DNA of 62,972 nucleotides, filler included, from Basidiobolus ranarum (taxonomy: Eukaryota), in NCBI GenBank assembly GCA_040143965.1. It is 39 parts of 39 records of this genome, joined end to end, with 100 filler letters (N's around TTAATTAATTAA, not from the genome) between each part and the next. Parts side by side here need not be neighbours in the genome. Positions count along the whole stretch, not along the records: positions 1 to 1,525 come from JASJQH010004924.1; positions 1,626 to 3,149 come from JASJQH010004925.1; positions 3,250 to 4,773 come from JASJQH010004926.1; positions 4,874 to 6,397 come from JASJQH010004927.1; positions 6,498 to 8,020 come from JASJQH010004928.1; positions 8,121 to 9,643 come from JASJQH010004929.1; positions 9,744 to 11,266 come from JASJQH010004930.1; positions 11,367 to 12,888 come from JASJQH010004931.1; 31 more parts are not named here. One strand, given 5' to 3'. Shown here piece by piece: positions 1-13,202 of this stretch. Position 1 is the first letter of the stretch. Each line of letters starts with the position of its first letter. The notes under the pieces are model-generated. The model did no database searches. It was not told the origin of the DNA and was given only the letters and a program-made list of their open reading frames with translations. Both the position numbers and the translations under genes were made by a program.

Positions 1-1482
1 AGGAAATGACTCTGCTGATGTATGGATTCTAGATTCTGGTGCAAGTGATCATATGTGTCACAATAGAAACATAATGCATGACTATAAGGAAATAGAACCT
101 CTGGACATCACGGTAGCTGGAAGAAACAAACTGGTTGCATATGGAATGGGAAAGGTCACACTTGACTTACAAATAGGTAAAACCCAAAGTGTAATGGTAA
201 CCTTGGAAGATGTCTTATATATTCCATCATTTACAACAAATCTGTTAACAATTGGAGAAATTGAAAAGAAACATTATGATGCCAAATTCAGCCAAGGAAA
301 AGCAATCATATACTATTCAAAGGACTTGATAGTAGCAACTGGAACAAGAGTTGGGAATCTACATCACCTGGATATTGCAGCAGTAGCTGAGACTATTTCT
401 AACTTTGCAGCAATTACTTCTGGAAACTTGATGTCTTGGCATCAGCACTTGGGTCATCTAAACTACAATAGTGTGAAATTAATATATAAAAACAGCCTAT
501 ATACTTGAATGGAGCTTAAGCCCTCAGATATTACTAAATGTGAAAGATGTATTCAAGGGAAAACCACCAGAAAACCATTTCCAAAAGAAGGAGCTAGCAA
601 AGCCAAAGATTTATTGGATCTTATTCATACAGACTAATGTGGCCCAATGCAAATTCTGACACCAAGTAAGAGATGATATTTACTCATCTTTATTAATGAT
701 TAATCTCACTTCACAGTTTCATATCTTCTGTCAAGCAAAGGAGAAGTGTTTCAATATTTGAAGATACATGAAGCAATGGTTGCATCCATAACAGGAAGAA
801 AAATCAAATACCTGTACAGTGCTAATGGAACTGAATTTAGCAATGAAGCCATGACTAGCTTTTGACAAGAAAAGGGAATTTGGCTGCAATTTGCTATTCC
901 ATATAGTGCAGAACAAAATGGAGTTGCAGAAAGGATGAATAGGACTTTAGTAGAGAAAGTGCATACAATGCTGAGTCATTCAGATCTGCCTAAGACCTAT
1001 TGGGGTGAAGCTATTTTGACAGCTACATATCTCCAAAATAGAAGTCCAACATGTAGCAACCATCACTCTAAAGCTCCTATTGAAATCTGGACTGGAGACA
1101 AGCATAATCTGAGTCACCTCAGAATTCTTGGATCAATAGTATATGCTCATATTGCTAAATCTCAGCATAGGAAATTGGACAAAAAGGAAATTAAATGTAT
1201 CCTATTAGGATATCAGAACAAAGGCTACCATCTCCTAATTGCTGGCACAAATCAAATCATCAACTCCAGAGAGACAATATTCATTAAAGAAAATCTCAAA
1301 TCTTCTAATCAAGGGAATTTGATTTTGGCTGAAAATCAATTTGTCAATAACTCAAATTCTGAGTTAACAAGTTCTGAAACCAATCTTGAGCTAAGAAGTA
1401 CTCAGACCAACTTGGAAAATGATACATTGGAAATAGATACTGGAATTAGGCCATATTTGTAATCTAGAACTATCTATCAACA
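1..1482 (+). mobile_element. Decayed Ty1/copia pol fragment (protease, GAG-pre-integrase, integrase)
   Basis: WILDSGASDHM protease motif; WHQHLGH...CERCIQGK zinc finger; LDLIHTD*CGP; QNGVAERMNRTL; YWGEAILTATYLQNRSP; stops and frameshifts. Confidence 0.95.
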
Positions 1483-1525
1483 CCCTAACAGAAATTTGAG
1501 GATTGCTATTGTAGGAAACCTGTCA
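1483..1525 (+). mobile_element. CACTA/EnSpm (CCC-type) left terminus inserted in copia
   Basis: CCCTAACAGAAATTTGAGGATTG, the same terminus as at 26805, 43422 and (reverse) 21700, 45826. Confidence 0.85.
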
Positions 1526-1625
1526 NNNNNNNNNNNNNNNNNNNNNNNNNNNNNNNNNNNNNNNNNNNNTTAATTAATTAANNNNNNNNNNNNNNNNNNN
1601 NNNNNNNNNNNNNNNNNNNNNNNNN
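1526..1625. other. Artificial contig linker (first of 38; one recurs every ~1.61-1.62 kb)
   Basis: 44 N + TTAATTAATTAA (stops in all six frames) + 44 N, identical each time; intervening contigs shrink monotonically from 1525 to 1511 bp. Confidence 0.99.
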
Positions 1626-1960
1626 AAACTCACTTAAAACTTCAAGCTTTGAAAAGGTAAGAGCAGGTCTAGGCATTTGTGAATATAAGCACAATGCTGA
1701 ATAATAAATTAGGGAAGATGTTGGACAATTAATCTTTATTCAACATCTTAGTTGACTTTAGTTATGATACATATATCAGAAACAGACAGCAGCTTATCTA
1801 TAGGCCCTATATTCTAATGAGGAATATCTCTATATCTGTATAACAGGTATGTCTTATTACCCTCACTTATCTACTATATATTTTACACAAACTCCTGAAT
1901 ACCTCAAATAATTGATTTACTTCTCCACTATATAGGTTACCATACTCTCTTAAGAGTGAA
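1626..1960 (+). mobile_element. Copia RNase H 3' end, PPT and 3' LTR start
   Basis: LKTSSFEKVRAGLG then stop, purine tract AGGGAAGA 1711-1718, TGTTGG at 1719; related RH end in reverse at ~30930-30995; right boundary approximate. Confidence 0.65.
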
Positions 1961-1964
1961 GTTA

Positions 1965-2734
1965 CTAAAATGCTATCATAAGTTGACTCTGATGTACAAA
2001 GTCTTCCCCCATTATGTCTGGATCCTGCAACAATTTGTCTTCATAAAAATATCTTAATGGCAGTAGAACACGTTTGGTAGAAGTCTTCCAAGCCTTCACA
2101 TACCTTCTTGGCAGTGTTGGCTCTTGAACATTGGATTGGCAATTTGTCTTTGACATTAAAAAAACTGAGTTAAAGGCACATTACTCTTTTTAACCCAGAG
2201 TAAGGCTTCAGTTTCAGATAGTTTTGCATTGTTTTCCTCTCATACAACAGTTTCCACAGTTCTTTTTCATGTGGCAGCATATTCATTTCTATTTCCAAAC
2301 TTGATAACTGGTTTCATCTAATTTTTGAGACAAAGGGAAAGCTCAAGAAATTTGAGAAGTAGATATTATAGAGAGTGCAAGCTTGGGGCTCATAACCTGT
2401 AAAAGTATTTTGGGAGCCTGTTGGAAGTGGTTTGGAAAATTAGAGAAATATGTGGTTCTCACTTATTGATTTATTGTGTTAAAAGTTGACACTACAGTTT
2501 TGTCAAGATGTAAGCAAGACAATGTGTAGAGTGTGTTACAGAAGCACATCTGCAAAGCTAAGGGCTTCCAGCAGCTATTTGAAAAATCTATATATCTAAG
2601 AAAATCTGAGTTGATGAGGATATTCTAATGGGTTTGAATTGAGAATACTGGGTAATATCTTAGTTAAATATGGAATAACTAAATGCTAAACTATATATGA
2701 CTATATAGGTGTTAAGGAAATGCTAATCTCAACA
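1965..2734 (-). mobile_element. Copia family A 5' LTR (2398-2734), PBS (2386-2397) and decayed gag start
   Basis: LTR matches 12347-12694; followed by GGTTATGAGCCC and gag homologous to 26011-26400. Confidence 0.9.
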
Positions 2735-3249
2735 CAAGTTGTGCAAAATACTGGAACCACCTGGATTAAGTTGCTTTTAAATGAGGAAAGTATGGATATT
2801 CCGAAAAAGTTGATATTTTGAAAGATATTAGCTTTGTCCAAGTGTTGTCCAGTTTGGAAGTTATTTGTTGATAAATATAGAGAATATACTACTGTACTCA
2901 TTATTTGCAACACATTCAAAATTATACCAAGTGCATATGTATAAGTACTATGCAATTTTCTGAAGTTCATCATTTTACCAGTGGCTGCAATATAGCAGTG
3001 TTTATTTACTCTATGTTTGCAATAGCAAAGCTTCAATATTTTTTGATTCAAAATGTTCATCATAACAATTCTCTTCTATTTAATTCTGTACATCATCACA
3101 AATTTGGCAAACTCTAAATACAAAATTGAAGCATATTGATCTCTAACCTNNNNNNNNNNNNNNNNNNNNNNNNNNNNNNNNNNNNNNNNNNNNTTAATTA
3201 ATTAANNNNNNNNNNNNNNNNNNNNNNNNNNNNNNNNNNNNNNNNNNNN

Positions 3250-3656
3250 TACGACGGTGGAAAAGGTCTGACTACCTGTCCAGCCACCTAATGAGATCAG
3301 AGTCTTCACACCTTTGGCACTGGCTACTTGTTTGAGTTTACGGATTCTGTTACCATCATAATATCTATCAATGGTAATTTCAGTAGGGTCAGCAGTTTTC
3401 TTCGTTAGTACTCCAAATCCTGTAAAATAATATTCAAAAAGTCAGATATTAAGAACATATAGCGAGTAGTGAATGAATTCTTGAATATACCGTAGTTGAC
3501 ATGAGTAACCTTGTCCAAGCTTAGCTGCTCAGGCTCAACTTTACCCCATGGAACATAGTAGCCAACAACTACTTTATCATCGGCCGCCAAGCTACCTAAA
3601 GGGGCAAACAGTCAAGTAGTGGAGAGAGTCGAGATCAGGAAAAAATTTAACTTCAT
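3250..3656 (-). CDS. GH18 chitinase, 5' part (exons 3656-3491 and 3419-<3250); in-frame TGA in the signal peptide, possible pseudogene
   Basis: MKLNFFLISTLSTT*LFAPLGSLAADDKVVVGYYVPW...THVNYG, GT..AG intron 3490-3420, then FGVL...KTLISLGGWTGSQTFS (GH18 THxNY and SxGGW motifs). Confidence 0.9.
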
Positions 3657-4301
3657 TTGGTTGTTGATCTAGTACCTTGTTCTGTGTGTTGGTTAAGGTT
3701 CTCCGTGGTACTTATAGCCAAGCACTTAACAATATATATTTTCTCATATCCTGCTTTGGACTTATTGCTGCCTATTGCAGAGTGCGAATTATATGGGCTA
3801 CTCCTTGATAAGGATAAGCCACATGATTGAAGCTCATCCGAACCGGTTCAACATGATGCAACCGAGTTGTATCTTTACATCCAGTAGGTTAAATGATAGT
3901 TGGCTGGTACAACTTCCACTAGTGTCGAGTTATAGGTTGATGATTCCCGTGATTGACTGATTATCTTAATAATTTCACTACTATAGCAAGTACATGTGTT
4001 TAGTCATATGCTAGAAAAACGTAATCCGAACACAAACTTCTGCCGGGATATTTTATCTAATTTGTGCATTTTTGATATGAATTCCACTAGCCCCAATTGT
4101 AGCTTGGCGCTGTCGATCAATTTAGCACTTCGTTGCTGAAAATTCCAGTATACTCTGGTATCAACGCACATTGTATATTATGTAGTGTAAATATTTTTCA
4201 AAAAATTTTATAACCGATTTAAGTTCTTATTTAGATAGATGTAGCAAGTTTAATGCATTTTAATTGAATAACAATTATAGTTAGATACAGGTTGTTGGTA
4301 A

Positions 4302-4773
4302 TTAGCAAGCGCCAATGTCATTCCATACAGACTGACTGTTACTTCCTGGGGTATCGTTCTGGGTCCACCACTTGGCCTGCCACAAGTGTCCCTTATAGGT
4401 AACCTTCTGGGCACTGGTATAGGCAGTTGCAGAAACCCATTCAGCAACCCCATTACAAATACCGGGGACGGAGGTTGGAGTCACGGAGGCAGTGCTGGTA
4501 GATCCAGTAGCAACGGTGGAAGAAGTCTTACTAGTCACAGAGGAGGTAGCCTGAGCAGTGGAGGTGGTGACAGGGGGAATTGATGGTGAAGGGCATCCAG
4601 ATCCGGTACAGCGAACACCTTGTAGCACATTGAGTAACTCATCGTTGGAGTCATGACTCATGTCCCAGTACATTACACCACGAAGTCCTGCTTGCTTAGT
4701 GTAGTCAACCTTAATCTTGAGTGATTGAGGATCATCGTAGGAGATGAAACGTTTGTCACTGGCACGGAACAAC
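4302..4773 (-). CDS. GH18 chitinase, 3' part with S/T/P linker and C-terminal CBM5/12 (ChtBD3) domain
   Basis: FISYDDPQSLKIKVDY...LRGVMYWDMSHD catalytic-domain end; TS-rich linker; W...AYT...VTYKGHLWQAKWWTQ...PG...W. Confidence 0.93.
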
Positions 4774-4873
4774 NNNNNNNNNNNNNNNNNNNNNNNNNNN
4801 NNNNNNNNNNNNNNNNNTTAATTAATTAANNNNNNNNNNNNNNNNNNNNNNNNNNNNNNNNNNNNNNNNNNNN

Positions 4874-6397
4874 ATTAAAATTAAAATGCTGCTGCAAGAA
4901 AAAGGACTTTGGGACACTGTTGTAGGAGAAGAAAACAATGCAAAACTATCTGAAACCAAAGTTTCACTCCAGATTAAAAAAGAACAAAGTGCCTTTAACA
5001 TAATTTGTCTTAATGTCAAAGACAAATTGCTAATTCAATGTTCAAGAGCTAAAACTGCCAAGAAGGTACGGAAAGCCTTGGAAGACACCTTCCAAACAAG
5101 TTCTGCTGCCAACAAGATGTTTCCAAGAAGACAATTCTTTAACTTAAAGATGAAGTGGGGAGAAGACATTAATTCACAAATTAATAGAGTCACTATGTTA
5201 GTGGATGAAATGGAATGCATTAGAGTACCTACCACTGATCAAGATATCTTAGTTACAGTCCTGAATAGCCTGCCACACAAGTTTCAGACCCTAGTAATGG
5301 CTCTAGAATCAAGAACTGAAAATTTGACCTTAAATTATATATTTGGCAGACTTCTGGATGATGATTTATGCAAATCAGAATCAAACCAAAGGTATGAAGA
5401 AAATGCTTTAATAGGCTCTGGGAAACCTTCCTATAAAGGTCAAAAGCACTTTAAGAAGAAAAGTAACACATTCTGTGATTTCTGTAAAAGAACTGGCCTT
5501 TTAAGTGAGGATTGTTTAAAAGAATTGCAAAAGAAGAAAAACATACTGAATCTGGAAATGTGGTTGCAATAGAAGATCACTTGTTAATATCTGCTCTATC
5601 TATGACTACCAACAAGGATTCTCAGACATAGTATATTGATTCTGGAGCTTCTCAACATTTCACAAATGAAAAACATTGGTTTGTGAAATATGAAGAAATC
5701 CCAATTAGATATATTTTCATGGGAGATGACCACACTTTGGATGCTATTGGAATGGGAACAATTCAGGTCAATTTAACTGGAGCTTCTGAAGGGTAAGAAT
5801 ATACTTTTCAGTATGTACTGCATGTTCCAGATATTGCCAAGAATTTAATATCTGTATGCAAGGCCATCTCAGAAGGGCTAAAATTCAACATTGATAAGTC
5901 AGGATGCACCATCACTACTCAAAATGGGAATTATTTAGCTTTGGGAGAAAAGGATCAAAACTTACACAAACTTACATAAAATCCAAGAGATTTATGTGCA
6001 AATATAAGTTATTCCAATCAAGACACTATTCAATTATGGTATAAGAGATTTGGCCATATTGGATTTGCTTATTTGAGCAAAATGATCAAAAATCACCTAA
6101 TTTCTGGAATTCAAATTAACCCCTCAACCAAAAAGGAAATTTGTGAGAGTTGTATATATGGAAAACAAGCCAGGCAACTGTGCAAGAGCTCTGGTTTAAT
6201 CAAATCTGTCAAAAAATTGGATCTAATTTGTTCAGATTTATGTGGACCTATGAAAAATTTATCTTTAGGCAGAAAAAGATATTTAATCACATTTATTGAT
6301 GATTATACAAGATACACTTGGGTCTACTTTATGGAAAGAAAAGAACAAGCTCGCTCTATCTTTAGAGATTTTAAAACACTTGTGGAGACTGAAACTG
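4874..6397 (+). mobile_element. Copia family A gag-protease-integrase remnant
   Basis: gag ORF 4886-5572 with degenerate CxxC knuckle; YIDSGASQH; CESCIYGK; SDLCGPM...FIDDYTRYTWVY. Confidence 0.95.
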
Positions 6398-6497
6398 NNN
6401 NNNNNNNNNNNNNNNNNNNNNNNNNNNNNNNNNNNNNNNNNTTAATTAATTAANNNNNNNNNNNNNNNNNNNNNNNNNNNNNNNNNNNNNNNNNNNN

Positions 6498-7931
6498 ACT
6501 AAACCTTGTGCTAAGGCCCAACTTGAGTTGCTCAGATATATAGCAGGTTTAAGAGAAATACAAAGTAATAAGTTGAGTGGTAATTATGATATTGGGTAGG
6601 TAGCAACTCATTATATAGTAGTTAATCCATTCACATTCTGATTATTTAGCACTCAATATGGCCACTTTACAAACATGCAAATATTGCTCCAAATGCTAGA
6701 AATTTTAAACACTTTGAGCAAATATCACTATTATCTTAAAGCTTCACCAAATCACCTCAAATTTCACCCATGCTCTAGAAGCATGTTTGTTATGATCTAA
6801 GCAAGTCCAATGGTCTAATTTCATTTTATACTACAATTAGGACCTATTGTGTGCAGTAAACTTCAGTGTCTAGTGTACATACCCAAGTCTTGTGCAAAAC
6901 ACTTCTAAATCCTCTTAACCCTTTTATCAAGGGTTGATATTAGGAACTATGAGCTAAGGATGGCTACCATGGGGTTCCAATCTAGAATAGTTTGCATTGA
7001 ATTTAAATAACATATAGCACTGCAACAGATCATAATATGTTTCACAATTATTTAAATTGATGTAGATCTTGATTCAAGTATGGTTCTGTAGTAATAACAC
7101 TAGAAATCTGTTTTTGATAATACCTCAGTTGAGTTATCTTTAGCTGGTTGTCAGCATTGTGGTTGAAATTAGGTAAATATCAACTCATTATTTAGCAGCT
7201 AGTTCATTATTTAGCAGTCAGTTCTGCCATTAAAATATGTGTGTTTATTCCTCTAATTCAAATAAATATCAATTAGGTCATTTTCATCAATTTTCACCAT
7301 GTTTTCAAAACTTGTCCAAATCACCTTGAATTTTCATTCATGCTTAATAGGCATGTTTGTCATGATCTAAGCACATCCAGTAATTCTATTTCATAGCAAA
7401 CTATAAATAGGACATATTCAATTCAACACAACTTAAGTATCTGATATACAAATCCAAATCTTGTCCAACACACATCCAAATCCCCTAAACACTTTTATCA
7501 GGTTTAAGTCAATCAGGTATGTGCTTGAGACAGTCAAGATACTATCATACTTCACCAGACTTACAACAAGTTATGTATAGTTTTGATGTCAATAATGGTC
7601 CAAGAGTTGTTTTTGCAGGCCACATAGCTATTATCAAGGGTGCATATAAGCTGGTATAAATCAGGGCCAAATTTCAAATTGTCCAATATCTACAAAGCAC
7701 AAAAAAAGCTCCTGGTGATGATAAGCACAATGGCATCTTCATTCAGATCAAATTTAACGATTTTTTAATCCAAGTCCCAAACAAAGCTGATCTGAGAGTA
7801 TGTGAGTGGGATTTGCTTTCAAATGAAGCCAAAACTCTTGTATCTTATTTGACAGCTTGTTTTATTAGTTTCTAATTGCAAAATCCAAATTTTGTCCAAA
7901 ACACAACCAAATCCCCCAAACACTCTTATCA
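6498..7931 (+). mobile_element. Copia family B RNase H end plus three related LTR copies (~6584-6929, ~7160-7500, partial ~7878-7931)
   Basis: TKPCAKAQLELLR end; LTR pieces ending in CTTTTATCA/CTCTTATCA and matching LTR 23493-23843. Confidence 0.75.
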
Positions 7932-8120
7932 GCAACATGGGTCTTTCTGCTGGAACAAGCCCCCCCAATCTAGTAGAGATCAAGATCCCAGCAACCTTGA
8001 CTATGCAGCCATCTTTCTATNNNNNNNNNNNNNNNNNNNNNNNNNNNNNNNNNNNNNNNNNNNNTTAATTAATTAANNNNNNNNNNNNNNNNNNNNNNNN
8101 NNNNNNNNNNNNNNNNNNNN

Positions 8121-9643
8121 TGGATTGGTTACACCCTCCTAAATCACAAAACTGTCAGAGAACCATCACAATATTGGTGGCTTGCATTCTGCCAGTGATT
8201 TTGATGGTGTGATAGTGATTTCTTGACAGTATTACAACGGTATTCATACATGTCAAAATATTGATTCACATATTTGGCATGCATTATTAGTTTCTGGCAA
8301 TTGTTGCAAAATATAATTTTTGAATGGTAAATTACTAGGTTTACTGCTGTAGGAATTTGAATTAATATGCATGTCTTTATTTAGTTATTTTAGGCTTTGT
8401 ATTCCAGCCATAATGAGAATCAAAAAATACAATAATCTTGTTGTGTTTAGTCTCTACATATGCACATACTTGAATGATCAGACATAACTCAACAACTTCA
8501 ATATGCTTTACCAGCAAACTAATGGTAGAAAAATTGCTAAACATCTGAAATTTTGAATAGCACTGGCACTTGGCAAATAGATAACTCTTGTTACCGTTCA
8601 CAATGAGAATAAGCTCTTGGATTTTTGCAAATTTCCATAAAGAATTCAACCAATATATCCCCAACTTGCAGTCAACAAGTGTGCTGCCACAAGTAGATGT
8701 GGCATTGCTTGAGTATACTACCCCATGGCAAAGACAATAATACTGCATATCTCCATCTATCTCACCAAGAGGTCCATCTTGCAGTTTCCTAGAGATACCA
8801 TGAGATTGTTGCACAAACAAATTAGTCCAAATTATAGAGGTACTTACTCTGTGTTCTTGGATTGGGCTTTGTTACTGTTATTGTGCTCAAACAATGTAAA
8901 AACTCATGAGCACATTGAAAAGAGCCCTTTGTTGGAAGGTCAATATACTCTGGAGTCTCTTTAACCCATCACACTACATTCATCACCAATTTTGCTGATA
9001 CATAATTAATCAGATTAGCATACAGTAATACTGACAATTTCTCACCGAGCATCATTTCATGGTTGGTGCACTCCATTGGTAACACCCAGAATGTATAGCA
9101 AGGGCCTATAATCTCTAAGCATTGTGAAAGATGCAGCTGGGAATGTACTGAATACCTGCATAGATTCAGTCTATCTTCTTCAAACCGGTAAAAAGTTTTT
9201 CATATCCAATTACAAAATCTTTGCACAGTCACTGTATCTGCCTGAGATCTACCAATGTGAGTTGATGCCATAAGAATATATTAACAATATCCACCAACAA
9301 CTTGCTAACAAAGATAAAATTGATTTGATCCGGATTGGATCCACCCTCCAAATTGGCAAAACTGACAGAGAACTATCACAATATTGGTTGCTTGCATTCT
9401 GCCAGGGATTTTGATGGTGTAATGGTGGTTTCTTGATGGTATTTTGTGGTATTCATATATGTTAAAATATTAGTCCTCAAATTTGGCATGCATCATATAA
9501 TATCAGCAATTTTTGCAAAAAAATAGATTTTGAATGGCAAATGACTGGGTTTACTGCAGTAGGAATTCAATCTAATATGCATTCCTTTATTTAGATATTT
9601 CAGGCTTTGTATTCCAGCCATAATGAGAATCAAAAAATACAAG
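8121..9643 (-). mobile_element. CACTA transposase 3' region and right end, with a second right end inserted at ~9303
   Basis: Homologous to 37266-38340; C-terminal ORF 8377-8820; the right-end sequence restarts at ~9303 (GCTAACAAAGATAAAATTGATTTGATCCGG). Confidence 0.88.
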
Positions 9644-9949
9644 NNNNNNNNNNNNNNNNNNNNNNNNNNNNNNNNNNNNNNNNNNNNTTAATTAATTAAN
9701 NNNNNNNNNNNNNNNNNNNNNNNNNNNNNNNNNNNNNNNNNNNTCTCATTTCTATCCAAGCCTAGTATCCACTAGCACCTACAGAACACCAAGCCTAGCT
9801 GCCTAGCAAACCTACTCTCTACCGTAACATAGCAACCCACTGCTATTCCCAAGACATATATTAGTTAGATCTGCTCTGCTGATATATCCTGCTTAAACAG
9901 TTCTAAGATTCTGCACTTAACTGTTTCTTTGGTTCAGTAGAGTTCAAGA

Positions 9950-11205
9950 CTTTTTATCAACTTTTCTCTTGGACACAACAGGTATCTCTGCCAATCTCTC
10001 CACTGCCTTTCATCCCCAATCTGATGGCCAAACAGAAAGAGTCAATCAAGTTTTGGAACAATATTTGTGATGCACTATCAACTATAATCAGGATAATTGG
10101 ACACAACTCTTGCCTCTTGCTGAATTTGCTTACAACAACTCTTATCATACCTCAACAAAACAAACTCCTTTCTTTGCAAATTATGGATTCCATCCTCATT
10201 TCACAATTCACCCACCATCCAATCTACCTTGCCCTGCTGCCTCAGACCATGCCACTTTCCTTAAGGACATCCATAAACAATTAATATCTGAGTTGGAGCA
10301 TGCTCAATCCCAATACAAGAACTTTGCTGATAAGAAAAGAAAGCCAAGCCCAGATCTCAAGCCAGGAGATTATGTTTGGCTACTCTGGAAAAATATCAAA
10401 ACCACTAGACCTTGTGATAAACTTGATCATAAAAGACTAGGGCCTTTTAAGATTATTAAGCAAATCAATTCAGTAGCCTTCCACCTTGAACTCCCAGCCC
10501 ATTTCAAAGTCCACAATGTATTCCATGTGTCTCTCTTAGAGCCACATGCCAGAAACACCTTCCAGGGCCAATCCATTGACCCACCCCCAGCAATCCAAGT
10601 GAAAGAACATGCTGAATATGAAGTTAGCAAAATTCTAGATTCCAGAATTTATCAATGTAAATTGCAATATTTAGTGGACTGGAAGGGATACTTAACAAAT
10701 GATCAATGATAGAAGCCAGCAACAAATCTTTCCAATTCTAAGGAACTTTGCCAGGAGTTTCATGAAGCCTACCCAGAAAAGCCTGGCCCTATGATGTCTG
10801 GAAGCCATCACTAAAGAAGGGGATACCATCATGATTCTGATCTTGGCATACTGATTCACTGCAAATAAAACTCTTCTATTATTAGATTGTGACATCATAT
10901 CTACTGTGCCATCCCTTCTTGGCAATCTTGTGTTAGTTTATCCAGGTTGCCTTATATGGAAGTCATGTACTTTGGAACTTCCATGAAACCTAACCAATCA
11001 TGTCAACCCACACATAGTGTATTTCCACCAAGACCTTCCATGGAAGGTCACCTGATCATCCTTATAGCATCCCTCTTTGTATTGGTCCTTGTAGTCTCCA
11101 ACACCCAACACTTGAACCTGCCACAGTATATTCCCTATTCAGTATATTATGTTTCACCCTGCAATATCTATATAAGCCCTATGTATTCCTTGATGAGACC
11201 TCACT
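9950..11205 (+). mobile_element. Ty3/gypsy chromovirus integrase C-terminus, chromodomain, PPT and 3' LTR
   Basis: [31 protein letters not shown]...FHVSLLEP (GPY/F module); EYEVSKILDSR...QYLVDWKGY chromodomain; AGAAGGGGA PPT ~10816. Confidence 0.95.
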
Positions 11206-11366
11206 AACTAACGGTAATTGACTTTTAGAAATATATAAGTTATACTGTCCTTTAGCTGAATTATGGNNNNNNNNNNNNNNNNNNNNNNNNNNNNNNNNNN
11301 NNNNNNNNNNTTAATTAATTAANNNNNNNNNNNNNNNNNNNNNNNNNNNNNNNNNNNNNNNNNNNN

Positions 11367-12694
11367 CTTATTATAGCAACCAATGACTTGAAGACTTTGG
11401 GGAACACCAAATCCAGCTTATCTGCCAAATTCAAAATGACTGATCTTGGTGAACTGATGTATTATCTTGGAATCCAAATTAAGATAGATAGAACTACCAA
11501 AACAATAACTTTAAGCTAGTCTAAGTATATCCTGGATATACTAAAGAAGTTTAAAATGGAAGAATGTAATCCAGTGTCTATCCCAATTGAGACAAATCTT
11601 AACTTGACCAAAAATGGCTCAAATCAGACATTCTTGGATTCAGATGAAAGACAGAAATTTCCTTATCAATATATGGTTGGTAGTTTGATGTATATCATAG
11701 TTGGAACATGGCAAGATATTCTATATGCTGTGGGAGGTATGTGCCAACATCTTCAAAATTATGGATCTGATCAAATCATAGCAGTTAAGTGAATTTTCAG
11801 ATATTTGAAAGATACTGTGGAACTATGCTTAAAATACACATATTCTGGATCAAATTTTGATCTGATGGGATATTCAGATGCAAATTGGGGAAGAGATATT
11901 GAAAACAGGAGATCTACAACAGGATACTTATTTCTTTGCTGTAATGGAGCTAGGTCTTGGAACTCAAAGAAACAAACTACTGTAGCACTTTCAACAACCG
12001 AAGCTGAATAAATGGCTGCCTGTGAAGTAACAAAAGAAGCAATATGGTTAAGAAAACTCATAACAGATTTGGGTCATTCTCAAAATTTAACAACTACAAT
12101 ATTTCAAGATAATCAAAGTTGTATCAAATTAGCTAAAACTCCCACATTTCATAATAGAAGCAAACATATAGATGTTAAGCATCACTTCATTAGAGAGACT
12201 ATAGAGAATAAGCTTATTGACTAAACTTATTGTTCTACAGAAGACATGATTGCTGATTTATTAACCAAACCATTGGCTAGACAGAAATTTGAGAAATTTA
12301 GACCTTTATTAGGATTAGGTTATATGACTATTTAGTTGAGGGAGAGTGTTGAAATTAGCATTGCCTAAACAACTATATAGTCATATATAGCTTGGTACTT
12401 AGTAATCTTATAATTCACTAAGATATGGTCAATTATTCTCAATTGGAATTTACTTAGAATATGTTTACCAACTTAGAAGTTCTCAGATATATAGATTTTT
12501 CAAACTTGTGCTAGAAGCCCCAAACCCTGCACACATGTTCCTGGGACCTTCCTGAGCTTATTTTACAAGTTAGTTTGTTTACATCTTGACAAAACTACAA
12601 ATGTCAACTTTCTACTCAATAAATTAATAAGTGAAAACCACCAATTCCTCTAATTCTCCAAACCACTTCCAACAGCCTCTCAAATACTTTAACA
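11367..12694 (+). mobile_element. Copia family A RT/RNase H remnant, PPT (12338-12346) and complete 3' LTR (12347-12694, 348 bp)
   Basis: YSDANWG...RRSTTGY, WNSKKQ, ALSTTEAE, DNQSCI, SKHIDVKHHF; GAGGGAGAG followed by TGTTG...TAACA. Confidence 0.95.
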
Positions 12695-12888
12695 GTTAAT
12701 GCCTTCCAAAGTGAATAGTAGATTGCTAGGCTAATCATTGTTTGAGATGTCTGATCTTGCTGGCTTTCTTCCTTGTGTGCCAGCAGGCTTTTGCTTGGAA
12801 GCCAATTTTGATGTAGAATTTGGAATGCTTTTTGAATGGCATTGAAATTCTCAGATGGTGACCTTGGTGTAATGAAGTTGGTTACAAG
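12695..12888 (-). repeat. Unclassified CpG-depleted repeat (second copy at ~15660-15830)
   Basis: Reverse-complement similarity to the start of ORF 15716-16069 (ASKPKPAGT..KKPA). Confidence 0.7.
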
Positions 12889-12988
12889 NNNNNNNNNNNN
12901 NNNNNNNNNNNNNNNNNNNNNNNNNNNNNNNNTTAATTAATTAANNNNNNNNNNNNNNNNNNNNNNNNNNNNNNNNNNNNNNNNNNNN

Positions 12989-13202
12989 GGCAATACTAAA
13001 TCGGGTAACTTGGTACGGGCTGGCACGATATCTCCAAAAAAATCATCGTGTCCGATTGTGGTGGGATAGTGCCATATTGTTCCTTATAGTGTCCGATCAA
13101 GTGTTATAGGACCCAGCCATGGTAATTGACAGATCGCGCCAGATGGTGTACTAGCAGGCTGGATCAAGCGGCACGATCTGACCTGGTCCGATGGAACAAG
13201 TC
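12989..13202. mobile_element. CpG-rich terminus of the PIF/Harbinger-IS5-like element
   Basis: Ends ATGGAACAAGTC (13191-13202) followed by TAA, the same 12-mer as at 44438-44449 and 49683-49694; repeated AT(C/A)GTGCC-like subterminal motifs. Confidence 0.75.
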
